A DNA stretch of 64,000 bases, taken from the NCBI GenBank assembly GCA_007375535.1, contig VMEM01000001.1, positions 39,462 through 103,461 of the forward strand. Reading direction: 5' to 3'. Under the pieces are notes generated by a model that saw only the letters and a program-made list of their open reading frames with translations, was not told the DNA's origin and made no database searches. Shown piece by piece: positions 28,989-40,189 of this stretch (the first letter of the stretch is position 1; each line of letters opens with the position of its first letter). A program made the position numbers and the translations under genes. The DNA is from Parcubacteria group bacterium LiPW_41 (lineage in GTDB: Bacteria > Patescibacteriota > Minisyncoccia > UBA6257 > GWB1-50-10).

Positions 28989-30259
28989 TACACTTTTAGT
29001 ATATCACCAAAGGTTACATCCTTATAAGGACCAACCAAAGCTAAATTAAGTGTTTTATTCATGAAAAGTTCTTTTGCTAATGCCTGCACATCGCTCGCCT
29101 TCACTGCACGTATTTTCCTTGCAAGCGCCTCTGGTGTCTGTATTCCCGATTTCATAAGTGCCTGCATTCCATAATACATACAAAGCTGATCAGACGTCTC
29201 GATAGAAAGATAAAAATTTCCGATAAGATGTTCCTTCGCTCGATCGAGTTCTTCCTTGGTCACTAATTCTTTTTTAAGGCGACCGAATTCTTCAAGTGAA
29301 GCAGAAATAACTGCTCTGAGCTTTTCATGATTCACCCCAGCAGACATTGCAATATATCCATGATCAGTAAATAAATTTGCAAATGCTTGTATATAATATG
29401 CTGCACCAAGTTCTTCGCGTACTCGAGTAAATAATCGGGAGGCCATACCTCCACCTAAAATGTCTGCGAGTACTTGAAGTGTAAATCTTCGTTTGTCATA
29501 CATATCAAATGCCCGAAATCCTAGCATAAGATATGTCTGATCTGAATTATTAAAAGAAATAAGTTCTCTTGGTTTTCCTTGAAGTTCAGTTACAGGTTTT
29601 TTGTCAGCCTTTTTCCCTTTCTTCATCTCACCAAAAATTGCTTCAACTTTTTTATCAATGTTTTTGAAGTTTGCACCACCCGCAACAATAATAGTAGTTG
29701 CGCTTGGTACATAGTGTTGCGATCGATAAGAAATAAAATCTTCCCGTGTTATTTTTTGGATTATCTCTTTTTTACCAGCAATAGATCTTCCCGCTGGTTG
29801 ATCTCCATATAAAACCTCCATAAATACATTCGGAACTTTTCGCGGAGCAATATCCTCATACATATTTATTTCTTCAATAATCACCCCTTTCTCGCGCTCA
29901 AGTTCTTCAGAGTCAATAACTGGATTGAGATATAAGTCAGTAATAATATCTAAAGCATCACCAAATGATTCATTTTTTACTTTTGCATAATATCCAGTAT
30001 ATTCTTCTGCGGTAAACGCATTATAGTCTGCACCAAGTTGCTCAAGTTCACGCGCAATAGTAATTGGCTTTGGTCGCTTCGTTGTTCCTTTAAAACACAT
30101 ATGCTCCAAAAAATGAGAAATTCCATTTAAATTTTTCTCTTCATATTTTGATCCAGCTTCAACAAGCACCGCAACTGTTGTTGCCATATTTCCTTTTTGA
30201 GGAACAACTACTAAACGAATTCCATTTGAAAGTTTTTTCTGAATTACTTCGTGTGTCAT
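28988..30259 (-). CDS. M16 family zinc peptidase
   Basis: GISHFLEHMCFKGT; SRLF..VREE. Confidence 0.93.
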   Translation of the reverse strand: MTHEVIQKKLSNGIRLVVVPQKGNMATTVAVLVEAGSKYEEKNLNGISHFLEHMCFKGTTKRPKPITIARELEQLGADYNAFTAEEYTGYYAKVKNESFGDALDIITDLYLNPVIDSEELEREKGVIIEEINMYEDIAPRKVPNVFMEVLYGDQPAGRSIAGKKEIIQKITREDFISYRSQHYVPSATTIIVAGGANFKNIDKKVEAIFGEMKKGKKADKKPVTELQGKPRELISFNNSDQTYLMLGFRAFDMYDKRRFTLQVLADILGGGMASRLFTRVREELGAAYYIQAFANLFTDHGYIAMSAGVNHEKLRAVISASLEEFGRLKKELVTKEELDRAKEHLIGNFYLSIETSDQLCMYYGMQALMKSGIQTPEALARKIRAVKASDVQALAKELFMNKTLNLALVGPYKDVTFGDILKV

Positions 30260-30371
30260 GAAGATAGTATATAAGGGTTAATGACTAGGGTCTAGTTTTT
30301 TTGAAAAACTTGCACTTTTCTTAGATATATTGCATAGTTTATATATCATTCACAATTTAAAGAGGTGGCAA

Positions 30372-30719
30372 ATGGAAACGAAAATTTCACTTAGCAAACT
30401 CGCCGCCATGCTTTACGGAGAAGAAGAATTAAAACAATCTGGTCTTACCGAAGCAGGGATCATTGAAAAAATAGGCGAAACATATAAAAACACTAGTGAT
30501 CCCGCAGAAAAAAAAGAAGCAGAGCGGATCCTTGTTGGGCTACTTGAAGATAAACGAATTACCAACAAAACAGAAATTCTTTTTTACCTTATGGTATGCG
30601 AACCTATTGAAGGCCATAAACAAATCATCAAAGACTATCTCCGACGACACAATAAAATTGCACAAACAATTCAAGACCTCATCATCGAGAGAGATGAATT
30701 GCCATGGCTCACACGATAA
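30372..30719 (+). CDS. Hypothetical protein (orphan cassette)
   Basis: GAGG SD, ORF and terminator. Confidence 0.6.
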   Translation: METKISLSKLAAMLYGEEELKQSGLTEAGIIEKIGETYKNTSDPAEKKEAERILVGLLEDKRITNKTEILFYLMVCEPIEGHKQIIKDYLRRHNKIAQTIQDLIIERDELPWLTR

Positions 30720-30747
30720 AAATCCCCCGCTTTGCGGGGGTAATTAT

Positions 30748-30978
30748 TTATCCAACTGTTATATGAGGATTTCCGCCACACTTACTACACCTTGGTACAA
30801 ATACACCACCACCTCCATACTCAATATCAGCTCCACAACAACCGCTTTTTTCCATTATTACCCCACCCCGAAATTTCCTTGGATTACTTTTGATGTGGTC
30901 TGATAAAATTTGCCCCATTCTGGACCGCTCTCCTTTTTTCTTTAGTCCTCTTTTACTCTTTGAAATCTTTTTAGACAT
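30748..30978 (-). CDS. Small basic hypothetical protein with Cys pairs
   Basis: GAGG SD; SGCC...CSKC. Confidence 0.45.
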   Translation of the reverse strand: MSKKISKSKRGLKKKGERSRMGQILSDHIKSNPRKFRGGVIMEKSGCCGADIEYGGGGVFVPRCSKCGGNPHITVG

Positions 30979-31096
30979 ACCAACCTCACTATGTTAATGA
31001 TGTACTACTTATAATGTCTAAACACAAAAAAACAAGATTATTGAAATATTATTTGTTATAGATATAGTATTAGAAGAACATAAAAAAGAGGCGTTT

Positions 31097-31279
31097 ATGG
31101 AAAAGAAAAGAAGCAAAGAAGAAATTTTAAAATCTGCGAGAGAGCGTATAAAAAACGGAGAATTTCTGAAAGCACTAAAAGAAGAGACAAAGGGCGTAAA
31201 ATTATTTATAAAGTTTCTACACAACAAACGGACCCATGCTCGCCAAACAAAGCGCAGAGATATACCAATAGGAAACTAA
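31097..31279 (+). CDS. Small basic hypothetical protein
   Basis: GAGG SD and terminator. Confidence 0.5.
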   Translation: MEKKRSKEEILKSARERIKNGEFLKALKEETKGVKLFIKFLHNKRTHARQTKRRDIPIGN

Positions 31280-31318
31280 AAAAACCCCACTGATAGTGGG
31301 GTTTTTATTAACAATTAT

Positions 31319-32662
31319 TTACTGCAACTTATTTTTAATAAAATCGTGAATCTCCGAAATTTTTATTCGTTCTTGAGTCATTGCATCTCTATCACGAACA
31401 GTTACAGTGTCGTTTTCTAATGTTTCAAAATCCACTGTGAAACAAAATGGAGTTCCCGCCTCGTCCTGTGCACGGTATCGCTTTCCAATATTCCCACGTT
31501 CATCCCACGCAATCATCCACTCTTTTCGCAACTCATTGTAAATACCTCGAGCTTTTTCTACTAATTCTGGTTTGTTCGCAAGTAATGGAAATACTGCTGC
31601 CTTCATTGGAGCAAGTTTTGGATGAAGTTTTAAAACAATTCTCGTATCTCCTTCTTTCACTTCTTCCTCTCTATACGCATCCATTAAGAAGAAAAGAGTT
31701 GCACGGTCAACACCGCCTGAAGTCTCAATTACCATTGGCGTGTACCGCTCTTTCGCTTCTTCATCAAAATATGTCATGTCCTGCTTTGAATACTGTTCAT
31801 GACGAGACAAATCCCATGTTCCCCGATGATGAATTCCTTCCATCTCCCACCATTCATCACGCGCTTTATATTCAATATCAAATGCAGCCTTTGCATAATG
31901 CGCTAATTTCACATGCCCTTTAAATTGCAAATTTTCTTCGCGCATACCAAGTGACAAGTACCACTTTCTGCGCTCCTCCTTCCAATATTCAAACCACTTC
32001 ATTGATTCTTCATCATTTGGTTTTACATAAAACTGTAATTCCATTTGTTCGAATTCACGTGAACGAAAAGTAAAGTCACCAGGAGTGATTTCATTTCGGA
32101 ATGCCTTTCCAATTTGAGCAATACCAAAAGGAAGTTTCACTCGTGATGATGAAAGTACGTTTTTAAAATTCACATGCACACCTTGTGTAATTTCTCCACG
32201 TAAATATGTTTTTAATTTTTCCCCTTCGATAACCCCAAGATATGTTTCCACAAGCGTACTAAACCGCTTTGGCTCGGTTAATTCTCCACCACAATCAGGA
32301 CATTTGTATTCCGCAATATTAAAATTATTTGAGTTTAAAATTTCTTCAGGAATAATTTTGTCAGCACGAAATCGATGATGACATTTTTTACATTCAGAAA
32401 GTGGATCAGCAAACGACTCAGTATGTCCAGATGCCTCCCACACCTTTGGGTTCATAACAATTGCAGCATCAACTCCAACCACATCGTTGCGTATCTGCAC
32501 CATAGTCTTCCAATATTCATTTTTGAGATTTCGTTTTAGCTCAACGCCAAGTGGCCCGTAATCCCAAGTTCCTGCAAGCCCTCCATAGATTTCAGATCCT
32601 TGATAGATAAACCCTCTTCGCTTTGCGAGTGATGAAATTTTCTCGAAAATATCCATGGGCAT
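31319..32662 (-). CDS. glyS: Glycine--tRNA ligase, homodimeric (alpha2) type
   Basis: IYGG..G.WDYGPLG; QIGKAFRNEI; FRSREFEQME; IGKRYRAQDE. Confidence 0.95.
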   Translation of the reverse strand: MPMDIFEKISSLAKRRGFIYQGSEIYGGLAGTWDYGPLGVELKRNLKNEYWKTMVQIRNDVVGVDAAIVMNPKVWEASGHTESFADPLSECKKCHHRFRADKIIPEEILNSNNFNIAEYKCPDCGGELTEPKRFSTLVETYLGVIEGEKLKTYLRGEITQGVHVNFKNVLSSSRVKLPFGIAQIGKAFRNEITPGDFTFRSREFEQMELQFYVKPNDEESMKWFEYWKEERRKWYLSLGMREENLQFKGHVKLAHYAKAAFDIEYKARDEWWEMEGIHHRGTWDLSRHEQYSKQDMTYFDEEAKERYTPMVIETSGGVDRATLFFLMDAYREEEVKEGDTRIVLKLHPKLAPMKAAVFPLLANKPELVEKARGIYNELRKEWMIAWDERGNIGKRYRAQDEAGTPFCFTVDFETLENDTVTVRDRDAMTQERIKISEIHDFIKNKLQ

Positions 32663-32726
32663 AGTATAAAGTATAAATTCGTAAGTATAAAGTATAAAAA
32701 GACCCCCTATAATATGGGGGGTCAAA

Positions 32727-33113
32727 CTAATCATTTACCGTAATATCAATACCATTCATCCAATGTCCAGAAGAAACATCGATTTTCTCTATTGGATAAG
32801 CGTGGTACTTTCCGTCTTCAGAACGGCGAACTATCATTGTGAGAGTTCCTTCAGATTCTGGAAAAACTTCATAGCTTGGATTAATTTTGTACGTCTTCTT
32901 TCCAAACTCTTCAACACAACTCATTGCCCACGGAACGGTATATCCTGCGGTACTCATTCCCATATCAACTATTTTTGTTGGATACAAAACTTTTTTACTA
33001 TCTTCAAATGGATCTTTGCTTGTCGCATTAAAATAAATACCATATGAAATGATAGCAATAAATACAAAAATGAATAAATACAAAGAAAATCAATATAATT
33101 TTGCCGCGTTCAT
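32727..33113 (-). pseudogene. Membrane-anchored hypothetical protein with an in-frame TGA at codon 8
   Basis: SD-led ATG at 33113 is in frame with the 32727-33083 ORF; TGA at 33090-33092. Confidence 0.5.
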
Positions 33114-33259
33114 TATTGTTCCTTTTTAATTGTTAATGCTTATATTATACACCCAAATTATAAAAAAGTCAATATTGCACAGAGGGACCAGTATTTCAGA
33201 AAAACCCTTTTAAAATGAGGGTTTTTCGCAAATCTATACATAATACCCACTACTTCATA

Positions 33260-35050
33260 CTATTGAACCACTTTTCCTCCTCCTGCCCCAACGGTAGAAT
33301 CGTCAGGAAGTGAGGTTGAGAGAGCAACATCACGAGCTAATAACTCCATATTGGTAAACTCATCAATTCCTTTCGCAATTGTTTCTTTCATAATCGGCAT
33401 AAATTGTTTCACTTGATCTTGTCTCGGAGTTGCGCGAACCTGAAATGTCGCTTCTAACATATCACTAATTACCCCGCGCCCCGATGGAATTCGTGGAATC
33501 TTCCACTTCATTGATCCCGAAACAGGATCAAATTCTGGTTTTGTTTCAATATTTGATTTTGAAGTTCCAGAAAACTGAACGCCACCTTCCAGTTCTCCAA
33601 CAATTTCAACATCTTTTATATCAGTCGCACCAGTCTCAAGTATCCAATGAATTGTGTACTCCGTTGGTTGTCCCGCTTTAGGAGGAAATGGACCGGTGTT
33701 TGCAATTCCAGAATCAGGATCTCGATATCGAAGTTCTGAGGCAACCCAAAGTGATCCGCCAATCTTTGTCTCTTTATTCGCAGACACTGAAGTTTTAAGC
33801 GTATTCATATATGGAGGAACCGAAGATGATTCTAATTTTGCCTGAGCAACTACAGAAAAATTTTTATCGCTCGCTTTTTTTATTGGAAATATATCTTTTA
33901 ATTTTATCGTTGCAGAAAGTTCTCCGCTTGCTCCAGCGCTTAAATATGCAAACGTTGGCACGTTTTTTGTACTCCACTCAATACTTCTTTCACGTTTATT
34001 AATAACCCCATCACCAGAAAGAGTTGCAGTATCGGCCATTACACCAGAAAAGGAAAGAGAAATAATAGTGTCTTTTAAAGCGATACCTGTCCGATTTTCA
34101 TACTGAATTGAATAGGTAAGTGTGTCTCCAAGTTTTGCAATATAATCTTGCACACCATTTACTGAGACGTTTAATGTTACTGGAGATGGTTGTGGTTCTT
34201 TTGAAGATTTTGATGAGGCAATTACATAATCTCTATCACCTAAAGAAACAACAAGAGATGCGGGGATGGTAAGTGGAGATGAATCATCTCCCTCATATGT
34301 CCCAGTTATCTCAATACTCCCTACTTCTCCTTTTTTTATTTTCGAAATTTTCCATCGATTATTTAATGAATCAGGATCTTGAGACGCATTATCAAAATGG
34401 AATGTATTTGGATATTCCACAGCAAGCCAAACATCATTTACATCAACTGGAGAAGAGTTTGAATATTGCAACTCAAGCGAAAACGGCGAACCGCGGACAA
34501 TCGAGTCTGGAAGTGCTACCGCAACACTTAACGGCTCACTATTTGTTTCAATTGAATATTTCGTTCCTGTTGGCTCAAATCGACTACCGCCCGCTCCCAC
34601 ATATGAAATTTTTGTTTCGATATCTCTCTTACTTCCCTTTTCATTTGTTGAAATAAGTGAAAAAGTTTTTTTTACAGACGTCCCACCTTGGATTATTCCA
34701 ATTGGTTCAGCAATAAGAGATCCCCCAGTGTTTACCTCTCGTATTCCATCGGGAAGTACAAGTGAAAGTTTTGACTCTGAAATCGCAATGTCTTGATCGT
34801 TTGAGACAACCGCAGTGACCGTAAATGGAATCCCCCGCATAATAGTCTTTTCTACCTGTAGTTCGACTCCAACAAAATTTGATTCCTTAAAAAGAAGAGA
34901 CCAAATAAGAAATCCACCACCAATAATTACTACACAAAAACAGGTTATAAAAAATATAAGTATCCACTTTATTATTGGGTGTTCCTCGCGATCTCTATCT
35001 TTCTGCTTTGTCGACTCGGCAAGTTCTTTTTCTAATTGCTCAAGTGCCAT
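33260..35050 (-). CDS. Large membrane-anchored surface protein with Ig-like/DUF11-like repeats
   Basis: Single TM helix; repeated Y.I.Y.N and I.W motifs; GPFPPKAGQPTEYTIHW. Confidence 0.75.
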   Translation of the reverse strand: MALEQLEKELAESTKQKDRDREEHPIIKWILIFFITCFCVVIIGGGFLIWSLLFKESNFVGVELQVEKTIMRGIPFTVTAVVSNDQDIAISESKLSLVLPDGIREVNTGGSLIAEPIGIIQGGTSVKKTFSLISTNEKGSKRDIETKISYVGAGGSRFEPTGTKYSIETNSEPLSVAVALPDSIVRGSPFSLELQYSNSSPVDVNDVWLAVEYPNTFHFDNASQDPDSLNNRWKISKIKKGEVGSIEITGTYEGDDSSPLTIPASLVVSLGDRDYVIASSKSSKEPQPSPVTLNVSVNGVQDYIAKLGDTLTYSIQYENRTGIALKDTIISLSFSGVMADTATLSGDGVINKRERSIEWSTKNVPTFAYLSAGASGELSATIKLKDIFPIKKASDKNFSVVAQAKLESSSVPPYMNTLKTSVSANKETKIGGSLWVASELRYRDPDSGIANTGPFPPKAGQPTEYTIHWILETGATDIKDVEIVGELEGGVQFSGTSKSNIETKPEFDPVSGSMKWKIPRIPSGRGVISDMLEATFQVRATPRQDQVKQFMPIMKETIAKGIDEFTNMELLARDVALSTSLPDDSTVGAGGGKVVQ

Positions 35051-35100
35051 ATATATCGATTATAACCCAAAGACAAGAATTCAAACATTTGGATAGAAAA

Positions 35101-35634
35101 CTACAATACAATAATATGTGACTCTGGTGTTTTTTCTCCACACTCAAAACATATAAATGAATGATTTTTTACATTAAATCCCACAACAAATGGTGCTGAA
35201 CATACATCACACTGCGCGTGATGTATGTCGTATCCCAATTGTGCAAGAGTCTCTTTTGGTGAAATGTTTCCTGTGTGCGCCATCTCTTCTAGCAGGCCCC
35301 ATAATCCATCATCGCGAACTTCTCGTGGTGTCAAAATATAAATCAAAGAAAGTGCACGCATTCCTGCACTCCACAAATTTGAATTTTTTCTTACAAGAGA
35401 GCAATGTGTGTGAGTTAATACATCAGTTACAGTGAAACCACTTCGCTTTGCAAGCCGAACAGTAACTTTCTGTAGCGGTTCAAGATGTGGAGCAAACTTC
35501 GAAAGTGGCTTTCTTCCACTTACCACGCGCGCCTCAATGCGTCCAAATTCCTCCGTAAACAAATGTGCGGTTTTATCAAAATCACGCGACGGAGTCACGC
35601 GAAGTGTGTATGCATTTGTCACAAAATCTTTCAT
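35101..35634 (-). CDS. recO: DNA repair protein RecO (short)
   Basis: RecO N-terminal D...LFT..FG.I....GRK..SKF..HLEP; C-terminal CxxC...CxxC. Confidence 0.75.
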   Translation of the reverse strand: MKDFVTNAYTLRVTPSRDFDKTAHLFTEEFGRIEARVVSGRKPLSKFAPHLEPLQKVTVRLAKRSGFTVTDVLTHTHCSLVRKNSNLWSAGMRALSLIYILTPREVRDDGLWGLLEEMAHTGNISPKETLAQLGYDIHHAQCDVCSAPFVVGFNVKNHSFICFECGEKTPESHIIVL

Positions 35635-35670
35635 TGCGTATTAATAATGGTAGTATAAATCAAGAAGTAT

Positions 35671-36414
35671 ATGAATGCATCTATTGTAATAAAAGCAAAA
35701 AACGAGGCTGACAAATTAGAAAAACTTTTTCGCATTCTCAAAAATCAAACGTATAATAATTTTGAAATTATTGTTATTGATAACGAATCAATTGATGACA
35801 CAAAAGAAATATGTAAACAATTTGATGCACAATTTGTAACAATATTAAATAAAGATTTTTCATATCCAAACGCGGCAAACCTTGGCGCGTCAATCGCAAA
35901 AGGAAAATTTATTGTTTTTCTCTCGGCCCACTCGTTTCCTCCAACAAAAACATGGCTTGCTGATGGATTAAAACATTTTGATGATAAAAGTGTAGCGGGT
36001 GTATATGGTCCAACATTTTTTTATAAAGACTCACCTTTTATCGAAAAATATATATGGTCTAAAAATTGGTTACAATGGAAGCTTCGTTTTTTCATTAAAT
36101 CCAAAAAAATTCGAAAGGGAGGAATGGGGGTTCTCGGAATGACAAATGCAATTATTAGAAAAGATTTGTGGAATGTACATCATTTTAATGAGGCATATGG
36201 AGCAGGAGGAGAAGATGGAGAATGGGCACAATATTTTTTTGACAAAGGATATGAGGTAGTATGGGATCCAAAATTTGCCGTCCGACATGCACACTATATA
36301 AAAACATGGAAACTAATGAAAAAACAATTTGAAGAATGGGGAAAAATGGGATCGCCCCAACCATTCAAAACTACCAACTTTGATTTTAGAGGAGATAAAG
36401 AAAAATTTTTATAA
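35671..36414 (+). CDS. GT2 glycosyltransferase
   Basis: SIVI..KNE; EIIVIDNES.D.T; GED. Confidence 0.9.
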   Translation: MNASIVIKAKNEADKLEKLFRILKNQTYNNFEIIVIDNESIDDTKEICKQFDAQFVTILNKDFSYPNAANLGASIAKGKFIVFLSAHSFPPTKTWLADGLKHFDDKSVAGVYGPTFFYKDSPFIEKYIWSKNWLQWKLRFFIKSKKIRKGGMGVLGMTNAIIRKDLWNVHHFNEAYGAGGEDGEWAQYFFDKGYEVVWDPKFAVRHAHYIKTWKLMKKQFEEWGKMGSPQPFKTTNFDFRGDKEKFL

Positions 36415-37896
36415 CTATTTTTTTTGCGCAACACCTTTTGGTGTCACCCAAAATCCGAGTTTGAATTTTCCTCCTAACATCATGCGCGTTTGAGATTCAA
36501 GTGCGGGGATTGCGCTGAAAAAAATAAAAGTAACAGGAATCAAAAACCACTGAGCAAGATAATATATTACCTCATACCATTTATGTTTTTGGTTGTCCCG
36601 TGGAGGAAGAAGTCTAACGCTCAAAAACGCAGACGTTATAATTCCAAAAGTACTTAAGTTAATAATAAATCCAGTTATTTTTGGAAGATTATACGAAGTT
36701 ACCGTCTGATGAAATACTGCGCCGCCAAGCACATTAGGAAGGAAACCAAATAAAAATATAATAAACGAACTTGTTGCCCACGAATGAAATCCATCCAACA
36801 ACGTAAACGTCCAAAATATTTTTTTACGGAGCGACATTGTTTTGCTCTTCCAAAAATTTTTTAATACGTATGGAATATTTTCAATCCCCCATGCCCATCG
36901 TCGCTGCTGTTTGTAGAGATTTTTCATCGCTTGAAAAATTGTCTCTCCCTCAACAAGATCCATGTATACAGGATATAAAAGAGGAACCACTCGCCAATCA
37001 CCTTTATAGTGCTCAAAGCACTGGAAAAAGATGCGAGAATCTTCTGAAACAATATCAGTATGCCAAAACCCAATTTCTTGAAGCGCCTTTAATGGCATAC
37101 TATGTGAAGAAAAAGTTACCAGCTGTTCAGGACGTGCTTGCTGCATGAGCTGCCAAAACGTTGAACTGAATCCAATAAGTCGTGCAAATATTGGAACTTT
37201 ATGGATATTACTTGTAAAAACAGGAATTGGCTGATAACTCGATCGATCTGGATGTGGAGCAACACAGTATGAGTGTGTAAGTATTCCCAAATATTCCTTC
37301 CCAGGTCTAGTATCAATATCGAATACCGAAACAAGAAAATGTTCTATTGGAATTCCAGATGGCAACACAAGCTCAGAAATTGCTTTTCGAACTGCAAACG
37401 TTTCGTTTGATCCCTTTCCTGGAAGCTCACCGGGAATTCCTGCTGGATGTTCAACAACTGCAAATCCACCAAATTTTTCTTTAAACTCTTCGCGAACTCT
37501 TTCTGCTCCATCTTTCATTCCCCCGCGCTCTTCTGGAGCAAGTAAAATAAATATTTTCTCTGTTGGATAATTTATTTCAGTAAATGAAACAATTGTTTCA
37601 CGAATAACGTCATATGACTCTTTATATATCGGAAGAACAATTAAGTGCCGAATGTGTTCCCAAGAACACTTTTCTTCATTTAATTTTTCCACCCAATTCG
37701 TCGCAATATTTTTTTTCATCCGAGAAAACGAATATCGAAGATGAAAAAATAAATACACCGTTTTTAAGAACCAAAAAAGATCGTAAAGTACTATAAAAAT
37801 CGCTACTGCAAACGGCACCTTCCATGAAAGAAAAAGGAGCCCCAAGAGGGTTCCCCACGAAAGAATACCAATTAACATCTCTAAAAACCGATTCAT
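36415..37896 (-). CDS. Membrane GT2 (processive synthase-like) glycosyltransferase
   Basis: GKGSN, FDID, SED, QQRRWAWG. Confidence 0.85.
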   Translation of the reverse strand: MNRFLEMLIGILSWGTLLGLLFLSWKVPFAVAIFIVLYDLFWFLKTVYLFFHLRYSFSRMKKNIATNWVEKLNEEKCSWEHIRHLIVLPIYKESYDVIRETIVSFTEINYPTEKIFILLAPEERGGMKDGAERVREEFKEKFGGFAVVEHPAGIPGELPGKGSNETFAVRKAISELVLPSGIPIEHFLVSVFDIDTRPGKEYLGILTHSYCVAPHPDRSSYQPIPVFTSNIHKVPIFARLIGFSSTFWQLMQQARPEQLVTFSSHSMPLKALQEIGFWHTDIVSEDSRIFFQCFEHYKGDWRVVPLLYPVYMDLVEGETIFQAMKNLYKQQRRWAWGIENIPYVLKNFWKSKTMSLRKKIFWTFTLLDGFHSWATSSFIIFLFGFLPNVLGGAVFHQTVTSYNLPKITGFIINLSTFGIITSAFLSVRLLPPRDNQKHKWYEVIYYLAQWFLIPVTFIFFSAIPALESQTRMMLGGKFKLGFWVTPKGVAQKK

Positions 37897-37973
37897 AGAT
37901 ACAATAAATCCCCCAAGAGGAGACAACCCACAAGATACAATAAATATTCTTTTTTGTCTAATAAAAATCCCCA

Positions 37974-38240
37974 TTACTTTGGGGATTTATTTTTTCCAAT
38001 AACAATGGTTATTCCTTCGTCGGGCAGTTTTATAATCAAGAGTCCACTAATAAAACTTACCAAAAGGATAAAAACAATTACTAAAACAACCCACTGTGGA
38101 ACCATTAGAGAATTATTTGAAGTCAGAGAAGTCGTGCAGCTCATTCCCATAGAATAAACAATGAAACCAACCACGAGAGCAATAGGGATAACAACCATCC
38201 AAAATCCTATTCTTTCATTCTTTGAATCAAACATGGGCAT
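37974..38240 (-). CDS. Small membrane hypothetical protein (orphan cassette)
   Basis: GAGGTG SD; two TM helices. Confidence 0.55.
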   Translation of the reverse strand: MPMFDSKNERIGFWMVVIPIALVVGFIVYSMGMSCTTSLTSNNSLMVPQWVVLVIVFILLVSFISGLLIIKLPDEGITIVIGKNKSPK

Positions 38241-38339
38241 ATCACACCTCTTAAAATGTTCTACCAAGATTAAACACCCAAATTACTTATCTGTAAATAA
38301 AAAAATTACAGTGGACAATTTACTTATTAAATCAATATA

Positions 38340-39392
38340 ATGCAAATGATGCGAATACTGGCAATCGAGACATCATGTGATGAGACCGCATTTTCACTTG
38401 TTGAAGCAAGTGGTGGACTTTTGCGTCCAACATTTTCTGTTTTAGAAAACCTCGTGACATCTCAAATCGCCATTCATCGCCCCTTCGGCGGAGTTGTTCC
38501 CAACTTGGCGAAACGAGAACATTTAGTTAACCTTCCAATTCTTTTTGAACAGATAAAAGAAAAAATTGGGAAAAAGAAAATCGATATTGTTGCAGTAACC
38601 GTTGGTCCAGGACTCGAACCAGCGTTATGGACTGGGGTTGGTTTTGCAAAAGAAATTCATAAAAAATATTTTCCAAAATCAAAACTAATTGGAGTAAATC
38701 ACATGGAGGGACACCTTTACAGTTTTTTGCTTTCGCAAAAAACTGAAAAATCAAATTTCAAATTTCAAATTTCAAAACTAAAAGAGTTATTTCCCGCAAT
38801 TGCACTTGTGGTAAGTGGTGGACACACAATAATTATTCGAATGGATTCACTCACAAAAAGAAAGAAACTTGGAGAAACACGAGACGATGCAGTCGGAGAA
38901 GCATTTGATAAGGTTGCCCGACTTTTAAATCTCCCTTACCCGGGAGGTCCAGAAATCGAACGGTGTGCAAAAGAAGGAAATCCTCACGCAATAGAATTTC
39001 CTCGTCCAATGATGCACGATAAAAATTATGAATTTAGTTTCTCAGGACTCAAAACCTCAGCACTCTATTATATGAGAGATCACAAAACTGCAAATATTAA
39101 TGATGTGGCAGCAAGTTTTCAAGAAGCAGCTATTGATGTACTAAGACACAAAGCAACACGAGCTATAAAAGAATTTAATGCACACTCACTACTTCTTTCT
39201 GGTGGCGTTGCAGCAAGCAAAGCACTCCGCACAGCACTCGAAGAACGATGTAAAGAATTGAACATAAGATTCTTTGCTCCATCAATTCAATACAACACCG
39301 ACAATGCAACCATGATTGCAGTCGCGGCATATATAAATTTTCTAGAAAAGAAAAACAGGGCCCTACGAGCAAATGGAAATATGGCGCTATAA
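38340..39392 (+). CDS. tsaD: tRNA N6-threonylcarbamoyladenosine synthesis protein TsaD
   Basis: AIETSCDET, NHMEGH, SGGHT, DDAVGEAFDK, TDNATMIA. Confidence 0.97.
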   Translation: MQMMRILAIETSCDETAFSLVEASGGLLRPTFSVLENLVTSQIAIHRPFGGVVPNLAKREHLVNLPILFEQIKEKIGKKKIDIVAVTVGPGLEPALWTGVGFAKEIHKKYFPKSKLIGVNHMEGHLYSFLLSQKTEKSNFKFQISKLKELFPAIALVVSGGHTIIIRMDSLTKRKKLGETRDDAVGEAFDKVARLLNLPYPGGPEIERCAKEGNPHAIEFPRPMMHDKNYEFSFSGLKTSALYYMRDHKTANINDVAASFQEAAIDVLRHKATRAIKEFNAHSLLLSGGVAASKALRTALEERCKELNIRFFAPSIQYNTDNATMIAVAAYINFLEKKNRALRANGNMAL

Positions 39393-39403
39393 AAAAATCC
39401 CCA

Positions 39404-40078
39404 TTATATCTGGGGATTTTCAACTATTTCTTTTAATCTTTCAAAATGATTTCTTGAGACATCAAGTAAAAAACGAAACTGTTTTCCATATTCTGGACCA
39501 ACTGACGTTGTAATAAGCGCCAAAAAGAAACTTTGCATCTCTTCATTGGTTATTTTTACATCAACAACGCGTTTTTCTGTGCTGATGGTCCTTGAAATTA
39601 ATTCAAGTGATTTTCCGACACTCTCAATTCCAACACCAAAAGACAAAAGCCACAATAAAATTTCTTTGCCTTTTTTCCCGATCCTTTGAGGAACAATACA
39701 AAGAGGATGAACCGGATCAAGATATCGCGCAATACCATTGAAGCTACCACGAATAATTTCAAACCTATTAACGTCATCCTTAAAAAATTCAAGAAGACTA
39801 ATTTTTTCAGATGTAGCCGCTTCAGCGATCGCCTTATCAAAAAAATCTTCGAGAATCTCAATGAATTCCTTTTCGCAAGCAAGAAGTCTTTTTTCTGCTC
39901 TTTCTTTTGTTTGAGCTTGTTCAACTGTCTGAACATAAGGCCCCAAGGAATTTAGAATTGACTCATCAATTTTAATTTCTTTGAGAACCTCTTCCTTTGT
40001 TCTTGTTGGCGGCTTCCATTTCTCTTCTTCCTTTTTTGGAGAGGAAAAGAAATCAAAAATTCTCTTAACTAAACTCAT
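39404..40078 (-). CDS. Hypothetical protein (orphan cassette)
   Basis: TTGACA-17-TATAAT promoter; AGAGG SD. Confidence 0.65.
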   Translation of the reverse strand: MSLVKRIFDFFSSPKKEEEKWKPPTRTKEEVLKEIKIDESILNSLGPYVQTVEQAQTKERAEKRLLACEKEFIEILEDFFDKAIAEAATSEKISLLEFFKDDVNRFEIIRGSFNGIARYLDPVHPLCIVPQRIGKKGKEILLWLLSFGVGIESVGKSLELISRTISTEKRVVDVKITNEEMQSFFLALITTSVGPEYGKQFRFLLDVSRNHFERLKEIVENPQI

Positions 40079-40189
40079 TTTTTCCTCTTCTGTTATTAAT
40101 GTTAAAAACATTATATAATCTTTATTATAATGTGTCAATATTCACAAAAATAGTAAATATGGTATACTTTTATTGTTAGGTTGATGTGA

